A stretch of 63,815 nt of DNA, the filler included, from Cercozoa sp. M6MM (taxonomy: Eukaryota; Protista; Endomyxa: Ascetosporea): assembly GCA_040357565.1 (NCBI GenBank). It is 11 parts of 11 records of this genome, joined end to end, with 100 filler letters (N's around TTAATTAATTAA, not from the genome) between each part and the next. Parts side by side here need not be neighbours in the genome. Positions count along the whole stretch, not along the records: positions 17,387 to 33,928 come from JBDODJ010000283.1; positions 34,029 to 35,583 come from JBDODJ010001999.1; positions 35,684 to 38,652 come from JBDODJ010001660.1; positions 38,753 to 44,561 come from JBDODJ010000845.1; 7 more parts are not named here. One strand, 5' to 3'. Shown here piece after piece: positions 28,701 through 44,044 of this stretch. The notes beneath the pieces were generated by a model that made no database searches, was not told the origin of the DNA, and worked only from the letters and a program-made list of their open reading frames with translations. Within the stretch, counting starts at the first letter, position 1. Each line of letters starts with the position of its first letter. The translations under genes and the position numbers were made by a program.

Positions 28701-30244
28701 CGTTCGAAGATTATCATGCTCGATTCGAAGTGAAGCCTAACGAAGTGAGTTCAGTTCGGTCGCTAGACTCTGTACCGATGGAGGCAATATACGCGCGCGT
28801 GGCAATGATAATGACCATCAACGAGCTTTTCCACAGTGTCGTTTTCCCTCTCATCGACTGGCGCCTTGATGCTGAAGACTCGGTGCTGCTGCGTACCGTT
28901 CTAAAAAGCAACGAACTCTTGCTCCTCTTGATCAAGCGCAGCATATTGGCCGTCAGCCTGCGCAACACTCGCGGACGCAGTGACTACCGTCCGTGTACTG
29001 TGGTGTTGGATCGATTCCGGGCGATGAAGTTGATGAACAGGCAAGTGCCAGACACGAAAATGAAGAACTCGACGTTTGCGCAAATTTGGCGCCAGGTGAG
29101 CCGCAATGACTGTGACGACTTCCGCGTCACTGAAAACAACAGGCCATGGCGGGTGACGTTCTTGGGCGAGTACAGCGATGATATGGGTGGACCTTATCGC
29201 GAGCACCTTGAGGACATTTGCAAAGAGTTGATGTCTCCAGTGCTACCCTTGCTGCAGCTTGCGCCGAATGGAGTGAACAACGTCGGCCAAAACCGCGATC
29301 GCTTTGTTCTGGGTGCTCCTGAGTGTACGCCTCTGCAGATTCGACTGTATGAGTTTCTTGGACAACTGTTCGGCATTGCTTTGAGAAGCACGCACATTTT
29401 GAACCTCAACATCGCCGAGGCGATGTGGAAGGCGATATTACAACACCCTCTGTCTCGAGAAGACGTGAAGGCCTACAACTTGCTCCGCTTTAAAATCCTC
29501 GAAGACATCGATCGCGAGCACCCCGAGTACTTTGACTTGGCCTTTACTTCGCCTTCTTGCGGTGGTGAAGAAGTTGAGTTGATATCCGGTGGAAAGAATG
29601 AAACCGTCGTGGCAGACACCTTTGCTCTGTTTGAAGAACTCTACGAGAGCTTCGCTTTAAGCGAGTTCGAAACTCATGCAGCGGCAATTCGACGAGGATT
29701 TGCAACTGTGGTGCCGTTTGGTCCACTTCGTCTCCTTCGCGCGCAAGAACTAGAAGCGGCAGTCTGCGGGGCTCCGACTATCGATATTATCCAGCTGAGG
29801 GCAATGAGTCACGTTGAAAACGGGCACGAAGGCGAACACTCAGTGCAAATGTTGTGGAACATTTTGTCCCGTCGGTTCAACGACGAGCAGCGCGCTCAGT
29901 TCTTGCGTTTTGTTTGGGGCCGATCGCGTCTTCCTGCTGATCCGACGACCTCGTGTGACAAGTTTAAAATTCATTTGATGAGCAAGCGTGATCCTAATGC
30001 ATGGCTTCCTGTTTCTCACACATGGTACGTGTAAATTCATATGGTAACACGAAGGTGTATTCGGTGCGAACCTTTTTGAAATGCTCCTGTGAATAGCTTT
30101 TTTCAACTCGACTGGCCACGCTACACGTCGGAAGCTATTGCTCACGAGAAACTGCTCTTCGCCATCACACATTGTGTGTCCATTGATGCTGACACTACAG
30201 CGACGGCAGTGAGAGGTGCTCAGACAAGGATATCCATCGACTGA
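19768..30244 (+). CDS. Giant HECT E3 ubiquitin ligase (roughly 3300 aa) with two RanBP2/NZF zinc fingers and a SPRY-like domain
   Basis: Successive long ORFs joined by few introns. Zinc fingers WTCSICTLTN..CRVC and YSCPTCTFVN..CQMC; SPRY-like GDVIRVKYDHKNGTMEYFRNG; HECT FLGEYSDDMGGPYRE, FLRFVWGRSRLP. Catalytic SHTC/FFQLDWPRY is split by an intron. Confidence 0.92.
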
Positions 30245-30879
30245 GTTGGGTAAAACTGCTTCCGTACTGTACAGTATTCTCAGTTTCGGTTTTCAACTGA
30301 GTGCCATACCCGAGAGACTAAACTACATTGCTCTGGACAGCTGCCGGCGGCAACAGGTACAAGTGGTTTCGACGCTAGTTCGGCTCGCAGCAATCCCTCA
30401 ATCTACCAGTACGAAGATGATTGGATTTATAAATTTACTGGATACGGCACTGCCAGCCCTTGTGCCGGTCCCTTGCCGACAGGCCACCTAACTTAATGAA
30501 CATACACAGTTCGCTAATTGCTCAAGCTGTCAATTGGTGCGCGCGGTGTCTTTTAGTACTTACCTCTCTGGCTGCCGGATACTACCGTACGTACGAACGG
30601 AAACTGAACACCGTAAGTTAAAGAGCGGCGAGCAGATGTCGGTGGTCTATATTTCGGTCCGGCGCCAAATTGGCTAATTTCGCTTCGCTCGCGCCACAAA
30701 CTTGATTGAAGCGGAGCCGGAGATCGATGGTGTGGATACCGGACGGGACAGGCCGGGGATGCCTCGTGCACGTCACACCAGATAAACTTCAGTTCGCTGG
30801 GTGGCGCTAGCGTAGATATCGTACGGGTAACCAAAGTAACTAAACACAACGCGCAGCGACAGTATACGTATCATTTCGT

Positions 30880-31814
30880 TCAGTCAGTCTCGTAAAGGTA
30901 GCCTCGACCCGAAGTCAAATCCTTGTTCATTTCGGTCGAGTGCGCCTACAAACATTAGACACATGTTATGGAGTAAACGATGCAAAAAAAGACTCAGAAA
31001 CACACCTTGTACTGGAGCGAACTGTCAATCTTCAGGAACGCCTTCAGTTCGTTGCCGATGCTCTTGCACACCTCTTCGTTGGAAGCGTGGCGCGTCCACA
31101 GATCAAGACGCGTCTTGCCACGACGAACGGCGAGGATAACGCCTAGAGAACACACGTACACAATTAACATGCAAGCACGTGCCATGTACAACACCACTCA
31201 ACAGGGTCTTACCGGCAATGTCACTGGCGTGCTCAAACTGGTCACCAATAAGGGCAAGCACGCAATCGAGCCAGGCCTGATCGACCTTCTCGGGCGACAG
31301 CTTCGACAGCGATACGCTCCACACGCCGCCCTCCTCTGTTCCCAGCAACCAATGAAAACGAAACATCGCATGCTGCAAGTGGCGGCGAGCACACGCGAAG
31401 GGCAATGCAAAGAAACACACCATTGAAAGCATCTTCCCACTCAGGCTGCACCTCTCCCTTAAAAAGGAAGAACGAGCTGCCGACGCGCATCTTCGACGGC
31501 ACCACCAAGTGGTTGAACAGCGACCAAAACTCGGCCACGTTCACCATGTCGCTCACCTGAAGAAAAAGCCGCAATAAAAATGAACACAAAAGCCACGACG
31601 CCAAACACACACAAAGTACAGACACAATAAAAATGACGCACAAATGGAAAACAAAACATCACGCTGGAACAAAAACAGAAAATGTGATTGACACCTTTTT
31701 GTGGTTGCTCGACCAGTTAGCGGCTTGGCGCGACTTTTTGTCCTTCGGAGGAGCATGGTAAAGCGTCCAACGGTACTGCAGCGCCATCTGCGTCGGGTCC
31801 TGCGCCTCAGACAT
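30880..31814 (-). CDS. eIF4E: Translation initiation factor eIF4E family member
   Basis: LQYRWTLY, VAEFWSLFNHLVVPS, FLFKGEVQPEWEDAFN, GGVW, WLDCVLALIGDQF, GVILAVR..RLDLWT. Confidence 0.93.
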
Positions 31815-32162
31815 GTTGTGTTGACTGTGTGGGGTTTTTCTTGACGTCCTGCGTGCTCCGAGAGGCGAGTGTCGGTTACGAATCACAGCACACCAGAGAG
31901 TCGTTCCGATGAGCGTCGCAGGCTCGGTTCCAACTCTTTTAAGAAAGTTTGAATGTTTCGTCCAAATATCCCCAGTTGTGGACCGAGCCTTTGTTTTTTT
32001 CGCGTTCGTTTTCCAACTTTCCCTGTTTTCACTCGCGTCGGGCAGCGATAGGAACGGTCACGCGCGTGCAAGCACTAAGCACGTGAGCTGGATTGCCTGC
32101 CTACACACGTTTGAAATCAGAGCGAAACGAGAAATCACATTGATTTGCTTCGACGTTGAATA

Positions 32163-32698
32163 ATGACGACGCAAGAGGACGCACTGCCGACACAAGCGCT
32201 GCTGCTTGCAGATTCGTTTGCCACACGCTTTAGGCCTCTTACGGCAGAGGTGCAGAACGCCGATATGTCTGCTTTGCCTCCATCACCCTTCACTTGAGCA
32301 GATTCCCAAGGTCCTGATGCCACTCGTGAATGTGCCGATGCTTGAGTACACGCTGCACTTTCTCGCCTCGGTATATTTGTTGGTGTCTAACACACACGCA
32401 CACACGCACACACTCGAGCTCGGTGTGTCTGTGTGCGCAGGGCGGCATGCAAGAGATCATCGTGGCTTGCAGTGCGCACGCGGAGACGGTGCGACGCTAC
32501 CTGGATGAGTCGCCGTGGTTGCGCGGCGAGGTGCATAAGGTACCTTTTTCCTCTCCTTTTTTCGTTGTCTCCCGCCTCCTTTTGTCCTAAGCACCTGGGC
32601 TCTGTTGACACCCATCCTTTGTTCTGCAGGACGTGTCAGTTCGCGTGGTGTCTGGCAACTTTGCCGGGGTCTCAGATGTCGTACGTTTCGTGTCCCTG

Positions 32699-32754
<56 letters not shown>

Positions 32755-33825
32755 CTCTCTCTCTATCTCTTTCTCTCTATCTATCTCTTTCTCTCTTTCT
32801 TTTTGCTTAAACGCAGGTATGTTTGTACCTTGCAACAGCTGGAGGCTCTCGAGGACGTGCTGTACCCAAAGCGGAGTTTCGTGGTACACAGGACAAGAAC
32901 GTACATTCTCAGTGTCTGTTTGAGTGTCTTGGGTGAATTACAGCTGGTGACTGGCGACGTCGTGGGCAACGTGCCGCTGCGACAGCTTGTGCGACGACAT
33001 GAGGACGCTCTCAAGCAGTGTGTTCACCTCTAGCGCCAGTTTTGTCTTGTCAGTACATGTGCGCCTTGTGTGATACGCATTCAGAGACCCAACACTCGCG
33101 ATGACGGTTGTGCTGTCGCGTGCGCCTGCTGTGTGTTCCTTCTCGCATCATGCCATCTTGTAGGTGTGCTTAGATAACAAAATACGGACACAGGGTCACC
33201 GCGCGAGACCGCGAACAGACGCTCTATGTGTTGCCTACACGACTGACAGGTATTCACATAGTAGCGCATCGGCATGCCTGCCTTCTGGTATGGAGTGACA
33301 CGATGTTTGTGTAGTGCTTCCAAACTGGTGGCCTACGACCAGGTGGAACATGGCACTGACAAAGTGGCTCGCTCGGTGTTCCCATTGTCGACTTGGGTCA
33401 TGGAGAGTACTCTCATATATTCTTGACTTTCCACTTCCTTTACCTTTATGCTGTTCTACATCCTCTTCTTCTGTACTCCAGGTGGCAGTGATGTGCGTCT
33501 GCGTGGTGATCTAATGGACGCACATATGTACTCACAAACACACAAGAGCGGACGAGACATTGTTCACACTGTGCCAACACACGCAGGTACATCTGCTCCG
33601 ACGGTGTGGCGCAACTTTTCGCCGGTCAGATCGACTGGCAGCACGTGGACCGACACTTCATTCCGGTACCCGCATGTGTATCAGCATGTGTCCACACACA
33701 CGCACACACACACGTGCGTATGTATTTCTGTACGCACACAGGGACTCCTGTCGAGCGAGGTGCTTCGCGAGGTGAACTCGCTGCGCGCCGAGGTTGTCAG
33801 CGACGAGCACTACCTGTACACTGTC
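32163..33825 (+). CDS. EIF2B5: eIF2B epsilon subunit, 3' partial
   Basis: QALLLADSFATRFRPLT/IPKVLMPLVNVPMLEYTLHFLA/..EIIVACSAHA, FVLVTGDVVGN, DLMDAH.ICSD.VAQLF. Confidence 0.88.
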
Positions 33826-33862
33826 CTGAAGACGTGTGTGTTGTATCTGTGCTGTGTCTTTA

Positions 33863-33927
<65 letters not shown>

Positions 33928-34061
33928 ANNNNNNNNNNNNNNNNNNNNNNNNNNNNNNNNNNNNNNNNNNNNTTAATTAATTAANNNNNNNNNNNNNNNN
34001 NNNNNNNNNNNNNNNNNNNNNNNNNNNNTTTTTTTTTTTTGTTTATGTTGGGGGCGGTGTA

Positions 34062-34642
34062 GACGTGACGCTGTGGAGCAACTGACGGATATTCTGCGTC
34101 ACGTGGATTCTTCTGTTGCCGGTGAGGCTGCTGGTCTGGCCATTGGTCTGGTGTGTCTTGGACGCGGTGCCGAGGTCGAAGACATCATCTCGCGCATGCT
34201 GAGCGACGCTGCCGAGCAGGTACTTTTGCTTCTTGTCCTGTGTTATGATTTTGTAGTTATGTATGAGTAGGAGAGAGACAAGGTAGTGCGCGGTCTCGCC
34301 ATGGGTGTGGCACTGGCCGTGTACGGTCAGCAAGAGCACGCCGACGTGCTGATCGAGCAGATGCTTAGCAGTACTGACTCGAGGCTGCGATACGGCGGTA
34401 TTTTTGTGTTCTATGATTGCACAAACGTCACTTTCTATATCTCTGATGCCTATCTTGTGTCCAGGTTGCTTTGCTATGGCGATGGCATACGCTTGCACCA
34501 GTTCGAACGATGTATGTTGTTGTTTTCTGTTCTATAGTTTTTTACGTGAATACTCACGCCTAAACACAGGTGGTGCAAAAACTGCTTGGCATTGCCGTGA
34601 GCGATCTGAACAATGACGTGTACTTTCTTTTGTTCAGTCCTG

Positions 34643-34697
<55 letters not shown>

Positions 34698-35495
34698 CAC
34701 GTTTGATTGAGTGCAGTCGACGAGGCGCTGTGGTGTCGCTCGGCTTTGTTCTCGGCGATCAACCCGAGCAGGTGCCGGTCGTGGTAAAGCTGCTGGCCGA
34801 GTCTTTCAATCCGTACGTGCGCTACGGCACGGCCATGGCGCTTGGCATCGCGTGCGCCGGCACTGGCTCGATGGCAGCCCTCAAATTGTTGGAACCTCTT
34901 CGCAAGGACCGTGAGGTACTGTGCCACACACGCACACACACGTTTGTGGTGTTGCGTCAGTCAGCTGTATACCGGCTGTGTGATCAGGACTACGTCAAGC
35001 AAGGCGCGTTCATCGCAACGGCCATGGTGCTTTTGCAGCACAACGACGCTGCGCCGCTGGACAAGGAGGGCAAGCCGATCCGACAGGTGCTTTGGACTTC
35101 TTTTTCTTACCTGCCTTTGTTGGGGGAGGGGTTATGCGCGCGCGCATGCAGAACTTCCACGACGAGTGCGTGAAATTCGCCGGTGATCAGCGCGCCGACA
35201 ACATGACTCGCTTTGGCGCCGTTCTGTCGCTAGGCATTCTCAACGCTGGTACCGCTTTGTGTTGTGAGCTTGTTTTGACACTTAGAGAGACTAATGTCCC
35301 TTTGGTCTCAGGTGGCCGCAACTGCTCAATCTCGATGATGGCGCCTGGCTCGCGGCGTATGGCGGCGATTGCCGGCCTCGCACTATTCGCGCAGTACTGG
35401 TATGTTTCCGACTTGCGTGCAGCGTGTGTGTGTGTGTTAAATATGTTGCGTGCTCACCTGCAGGTACTGGTACCCGTTGCTGCCGTTCCTTTCGG
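34062..35495 (+). CDS. RPN2: 26S proteasome subunit RPN2/PSMD1, internal fragment
   Basis: DSSVAGEAAGLAIGLV, RGLAMGVALAVYGQQE, VSDLNNDVRRGAV, LAESFNPYVRYGTAMALGIACAGTG, GILNAGGRN, QYWYWYPL. Confidence 0.93.
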
Positions 35496-35517
35496 TACTT
35501 TATCCTGACATTGCGGC

Positions 35518-35583
<66 letters not shown>

Positions 35584-35683
35584 NNNNNNNNNNNNNNNNN
35601 NNNNNNNNNNNNNNNNNNNNNNNNNNNTTAATTAATTAANNNNNNNNNNNNNNNNNNNNNNNNNNNNNNNNNNNNNNNNNNNN

Positions 35684-38545
<2,862 letters not shown>

Positions 38546-38782
38546 GTCGACTGATGCTTGTGCCACCCTACGTAGTGTCAGAGCCAACTGAGGGTTTGAG
38601 TGCAGCAACTCGAGCAACAGTCGCACTACTTTCAGATGCGACTGCGAACTGTNNNNNNNNNNNNNNNNNNNNNNNNNNNNNNNNNNNNNNNNNNNNTTAA
38701 TTAATTAANNNNNNNNNNNNNNNNNNNNNNNNNNNNNNNNNNNNNNNNNNNNGGGGGGGGGGGTAAACAGGGGGGCGGGTAT

Positions 38783-40235
38783 ACCGTGGTAACAATGTCG
38801 CCCAAATCCTCGCAAGCACGCGAGGCCACTTTGTGCCACTGCTTGGCCGTTTCGGCTGGGGGAGGGGGTAAAGGGGGATGGGCAAAGGGGGTTAAAGGGG
38901 GTAAAGGGAGGGGTAAAACAGGTAGGTATACCCGCCACTCGCAGCAGTTCCTTGCTCTGCGAAACCGCGTCGTCGGTGCTGCGCGCCAAGTCCACCGACA
39001 CTTCTTCCATCTGCACAAGGGGGTAAAAGAGGGGGTAAAGAGGGGGTAAAAGAGGGGGGTAAAGGAGGGGGTAAAGGAGAAGGGTAGGGTGGTAGAAGGG
39101 TATACCGATTCAAAATCGAGGTGCGGCAGTGCCGCGCGCACGTTGTCCTCGAGGTCGTCCAGACCCATACGTGCTGTCAGGGGGGGTAAACAGGGGGGTA
39201 AACAGGGGGGTAAACAGGGGGGGTAAACAAAAGAAGCTACCAGTCTCAGCTTCGAAGTGCTTCTTGCCCTGCGACAACGCGCCGTCCGGCCGCGACAAAA
39301 ACATTTCAAACACGCCGCTGCGCGAACCCACCGCCTGGGGGAGGGGTAAACAGGGGGTAAACAGAGGGGGGGTAAACAGAGGGGGGGGGGGTAAACAGGG
39401 GGGTAAACAGGAGGGTAAGAATCTACCGGCATGTCACGCACGCGATTGAGCCAGCGCTGCAGTTCGACGCGTCGCACCGACAAATAACCGTCGGGCCACA
39501 TGGCCACCGGCAGCTTCGGCTGCGCTCATCAATCACACTCGACTCCACTCGACTCAACTCAAAGCAACGCAACTCAACTCAAAGCAAAGCAACGCAACTC
39601 AACTCAAAGCTACTCAACTCAACTCAAAGCAAAGCTACTCAAAGCAAAGCTACTCAAAGCAAAGCAAAGCAAAGCTATTCAACACAACTCAACTCAAAGC
39701 AAAGCGAAAGCTCAAACAAAACGCACCGGAAGCGGCGGCAAGAACACGCCGGCGAACTGTTTCTGCAGCAGCGCGCGCAGCCACAAAAAGTCGCTGTAGC
39801 GACGCGATACCTGCGCAAGAACGAGATTAGCTTCACATCGAAACAAGCGAAACAAAACGAAAGAAAGCGAAACAAGGCGAAAAAAGGCGAAAACGAAAGA
39901 GTTACAGGATGACGGCCAGGCACAGTGACGATAAACTCAATGTGCTGCGAGAAGAAGCCGCCCACTAGCTTGCAGTCCGTGATCTTGATGTTGCATTCCA
40001 CGTCCTGCAAGATACAATCGCCAGATTCACCTCCTCTGCCTCAACAACACAAACAGCGGTGCTGCGCTACCGAAACAATGCCCTGCTGCGAGATCGGCTG
40101 ACCTGCATCAAGAAAAGCAATGAAACAATCTGGGCACATCACCACAAGCAATGAGCCAGTACCCAGACCGGCAGCTTCGTCCTTCACATGCCGCTTTGTC
40201 TCCTTTTTGAGAGTGTTCACGCGCATCTTAGGCAT
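38783..40235 (-). CDS. Sorting nexin (PX, probably PX-BAR), 3' partial
   Basis: IKITDCKLVGGFFSQHIEFIV, RRYSDFLWLRALLQKQFAGVFLPPLP/PK, YLSVRRVELQRWLNRV, FEMFL, followed by helical exons. Confidence 0.88.
39530..39715. repeat. Compound pentamer microsatellite (AACTC/AAAGC)n in a sorting-nexin intron
   Basis: Directly visible. Confidence 0.9.
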
Positions 40236-41142
40236 TCCGGATCACTGAAGATCAGCGTGGAAAAAAAACTATTTTCGTCAAGCACTCGCAATCGCCCTAC
40301 AATTGCCCCAACACCGGGATTCAGTGTTAGCACACGCCGGGATGCAACTACGAGTACTCTAACAGTGGTTGCACTTTTTAAGGGACTTCGATCGGACTTC
40401 TGACCACCGTCACTTATGATGTTGTATGACGAGCGCAGTGCTGCCAGTGTAAAAGTACGACAAGTTGTGTAGGCTACATCTTAAGCTTCTTGTGTTTCGG
40501 GGAGCGAGGTCCGCGGTGTTTCACTTCTGCGCGGAGCTGGCACAGGACGCACTGCGAGGACAAGATACATATAAACTTACATATGAGCAGATCACTTTTA
40601 ATGTACGGGAGCGCAGAAACACGGCAGCAAGCAGTCTTTGACATCACTGCCGTCTAAGCCGTAGCCCAGACGAACCTCTTGGTACACGGCTGAAGGTAAA
40701 CCGCAACAGCAACCCAGCACGAACTCTCTGTTGCAGTGACAGTATCGCTACTGTATGGATTGGGACGACTCACATACAACACTGTACAGTACCTGTCATC
40801 TAATTCGTTCTGCACGATGCCTGAAGAACAACCGCACGGAAAGCAAAACGTCGTTAACAGACAAAAGCCCCAGCCCGCTGCCCCGCAACTGTTGTAACAT
40901 GAGTACTTCCAGGAGCCTGCACGCATCGCAGCTCCGAACTTTTCGAGTCAGTCAGCTTGAATTCAAAGCCGTCCTCCAAACAAAGACAGTATCCGTGCTG
41001 TCCTACAGTTGCTCTTTCAAACGGGTACAGGAGAAGCTTAAGGTCCGAGAGGTCAGTATCGAAGAAGTTCGGTGTCAAGCGCGAACGAAAACTAAAGTCT
41101 GCAGAGTGTAGTATCAAGTTGAAAAGCACCAAACTCGCCACC

Positions 41143-41275
41143 AAAGTCCGAAAACTGGAAAACACATGTCCGGCGGTACTCGACCGTGCACTTAGAGACT
41201 GCGAGACAGTGTGCGATAGTCAGTCTCAGTATACTGTACACTGAATGGTGCGCTTGAGTTTTTTCTCGTTCGTGA
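41143..41275 (+). repeat. About 133-bp direct duplication, copy 1 (upstream region plus first codons of the secreted gene)
   Basis: AAAGTCCGAAAACTGGAAAACA...GAATGGTGCGCTTGAGTTTT.TCTCGTTCGTGA recurs at 43336-43467 with scattered mismatches. Confidence 0.9.
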
Positions 41276-41798
41276 CCCTCGCAGTGGCTTTTAGCCGCGC
41301 CGTTTCGAGTCGTACACTGGAAGCGGAAGGAGCCGATCTTTCGATGCATGACGAGGCTGCCGAGCTTGAAGCCGACGACAGTTTCCACTTTGACGACGAC
41401 ATCGATTGGGAGAAGTTGCTTGACGAATTTGAAGGTGACAGCTCTAGCGACAAGGTTCAATCGATGCTCACGAAATTGCAGTCGATGCTCAAACAACTGA
41501 GTCCGGAAGGCGAGCGAGAGTTCGAATTCGATGTGTCCACTGAGTAATTCTTGACATCCCCATCAGTTGTACATGTACAGTATGTAACAATACATTCTTT
41601 CTTGAATCGGTGATACTGTGAATTACACTTGTCTGCTCCAGATTCGAAGAGGCGATGGAACGCGTGTCAGAAGAAATCGAAGAACAATTTGCCAGTCGCA
41701 ACACCGAGAGTAAGACGGTAGACGCCGAGTCTGACGTCGACACTCAGGCTGCCACCGACGACGGCGATGATAGCTCAGGAAAAGCTAGCTTTAATTGA
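41245..41798 (+). CDS. Small secreted acidic protein, 2 exons
   Basis: Signal peptide MVRLSFFSFVTLAVAFSRA and a D/E-rich body. One phase-2 GT-AG intron gives ...STE/FEEAMERVSEE...KASFN*. Confidence 0.7.
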
Positions 41799-42311
41799 TC
41801 AAATGAAGTGCTTTCTTCAGTCATCGCCCCGAAAAGAGAATGCAGACTCAGACAGGACCAGTGTTGAGTTAGCAAATAACACATCATTCCAAAAGTGCAT
41901 GTGTCCAGCATTAACCGTTCTTTCACATGAGAACAGATATTCAAGAAAATGAGGCGGGTAAATATAAACTTAGTTCTGGTAAATTTAGTCGTATTCTTGT
42001 GGTCCCATACCAGTCCTAGCTCAGTCCTATCTATCCTATTCCCAACCTTAGTGCCCTAGCTTTGTCCTAATGGTACAGGGTCGATCCAGCTCTAAGAAGT
42101 CTCGACTTGAAGGGACTGTCGAAGCGTTCTAGTTTCTAGGATCGTCTACGACGTGTCCGTACTGGGGTTAGGGCACTGTCATGCACCGAGACGTGTACAG
42201 GCGATCGGCTACACCAGCGAGCCGTAAGCGGCGGCCACGAATCCCTCGTTGGTTTGCGCACGCTGCGACAACACACATGCGATTGAACGTGTTTCGGAAA
42301 ACGTCCGAACG

Positions 42312-43050
42312 CTATTTTAATACCTCACACTGACGTCGGATGCTTCGGCGCAGAGCGATACCGAACGCGACGGCGATGCCGTGCACCACCATAACCGAAA
42401 CACTCAGTATCAGCCAAAGGCCGTACACCACGTAATACATCTGCCACATCGCAAACGCTTCACACCATGAAGAGCTGCAACTTTCACCAAAGGTAAGTTT
42501 AAAATACCCGATAGGTGTCGTCGCCCTTTTCGGGCTCGTAGGTTGCCATTCGCACAATGTAGAAGATCACGAGCCCAAACTGCACAAAAAATCACGGATT
42601 GATAGAGCCAGGCGAACTCGTTTAGATTGTGCAGATTACATGAGCGAGATCGAACAGGACGTGGGTAATGTTGCAGATCAACAGAAGCGCCAGCGACTGC
42701 CGCAGGGTGGCCCAAAAGCCAATGGCTCCCAACAGAAAGTACACTAGAGAAGCCGCTAGGAGGCCGGGGACGTAGGTTTTGCCAACCTTCATCGGCAAAA
42801 ACAAAAGCGTGGAGATAGGGGGCAAACTGAAATCCTGCATTCAGTTGGTATCGGTACCTCTGGGACTACACAGACGAGACCAACAATACTCGCGACAGCC
42901 ACCACCGCATTGATACACAGCAGTGTCACGAACTTGCAGGAGCCTGCCAACAACAAATAACGCCCTGGTATTCATGTACAGGTACCAATTCCCGAACCTC
43001 GAATGCGTCTGCGCTGCTCTTCGGGTCGTTTGTCGATCATGATAGGCCAG
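42312..43050 (-). CDS. Hypothetical multi-pass membrane protein (start uncertain)
   Basis: Hydrophobic exons VPGLLAASLVYFLLGAIGFWA, LALLLICNITHVLFDL, YYVVYGLWLILSVSVMVVHGIAVAFGIAL. Confidence 0.45.
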
Positions 43051-43335
43051 AGAAGAAGCAGAAGATGAAACACAACTGTTGGTGTCGAACGCGCACTGTT
43101 GGGCACATTTGGCGAAGCTTAAAAAGCACAAAGCGGGAACCAATCTCGGCGAGAGCAATTTTAGACGGAGGAAACGACTACATCTTGGGTCCCAACGTAC
43201 CTAGATTAAACCGCTAAACGTGTTCATAGTGTATGACACTAGTTTAGGTGCTAAAGTAGTTCGGACTTTTATTTTTTTGTTTTTCCGACCGAGGCACGTG
43301 AGCGCTGGCACCCTGGCACGTCGTCTGCGGGCACT

Positions 43336-43467
43336 AAAGTCCGAAAACTGGAAAACATATGTCCGACAGTACTCGACCGTGTACTTATAGACTGCGAGAC
43401 TGTGTGCGATAGTCAGCTCAGTATAATGTATACAGAATGGTGCGCTTGAGTTTTCTCTCGTTCGTGA
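43336..43467 (+). repeat. About 133-bp direct duplication, copy 2 (truncated gene relic)
   Basis: Near-identical to 41143-41275. The ORF MVRLSFLSFV diverges after codon 10 and stops early. Confidence 0.9.
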
Positions 43468-43723
43468 AGCATCAGTGGTCAACCATATCCTCTGGTACTA
43501 CTTGTCACTCATGAAGAACGAAGATGTTTAAACGCCCACCAGGCCGATCGCGCCAGTTTTAACATTCCGCAACTCACAATGACTAAGGAAAATTCCTCTA
43601 CAAATCAAACCTGCTAGCATAGTTGTGCTAACCTACCCACCAATCTCTCCTTTTCGATTCAACGAGCGAGGCAGCGTGAGGCGTGGGGGGGGGGGGGGGG
43701 GGGGGGGGGCGGGGCGATCAGGT

Positions 43724-43997
43724 TGTTACTGCGGCTCAATTGCCCAGTCAGTCGTGAGATAAGTCGTCACTCAGTTGAGTCACCGTTAGAACTGAAGATG
43801 AAATACACCTCCTGGGACTCGAGGTGATCCCACTGGATCTCGACCGAAAGAAGACGTCCTTGGTCGTGACTTGGTACTGCACACAAGACGTCCTTGGTCG
43901 TAAAAACTCCGCCTGTGAACACACGACGAAGTGAGTGGAATGGAAACTAGCCAATATTCTGCTTCTCGTCTCTAACTACTGAAAGTGTGCAGTAACA
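43724..43997. mobile_element. Putative small non-autonomous element (MITE or solo-LTR-like), TGTTACTGC...GCAGTAACA
   Basis: 9-10 bp perfect terminal inverted repeat and an internal 17-bp duplication AAGACGTCCTTGGTCGT. The interior matches 53199-53323 in reverse complement. Confidence 0.55.
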
Positions 43998-44044
43998 AGT
44001 TTGAGAAATAGCGTAGCTGCGTAGTGCAGTGAGATGCACATAGT

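Noticed and set aside
38753-39420. G-rich arrays as interstitial telomeres
   Set aside because: The unit GGGGTAAA(CA) is not TTAGGG or TTTAGGG on either strand, and the arrays are confined to introns.
40400-41110. Short ORFs that might be a decayed TE or gene
   Set aside because: No recognisable motif or consistent frame.
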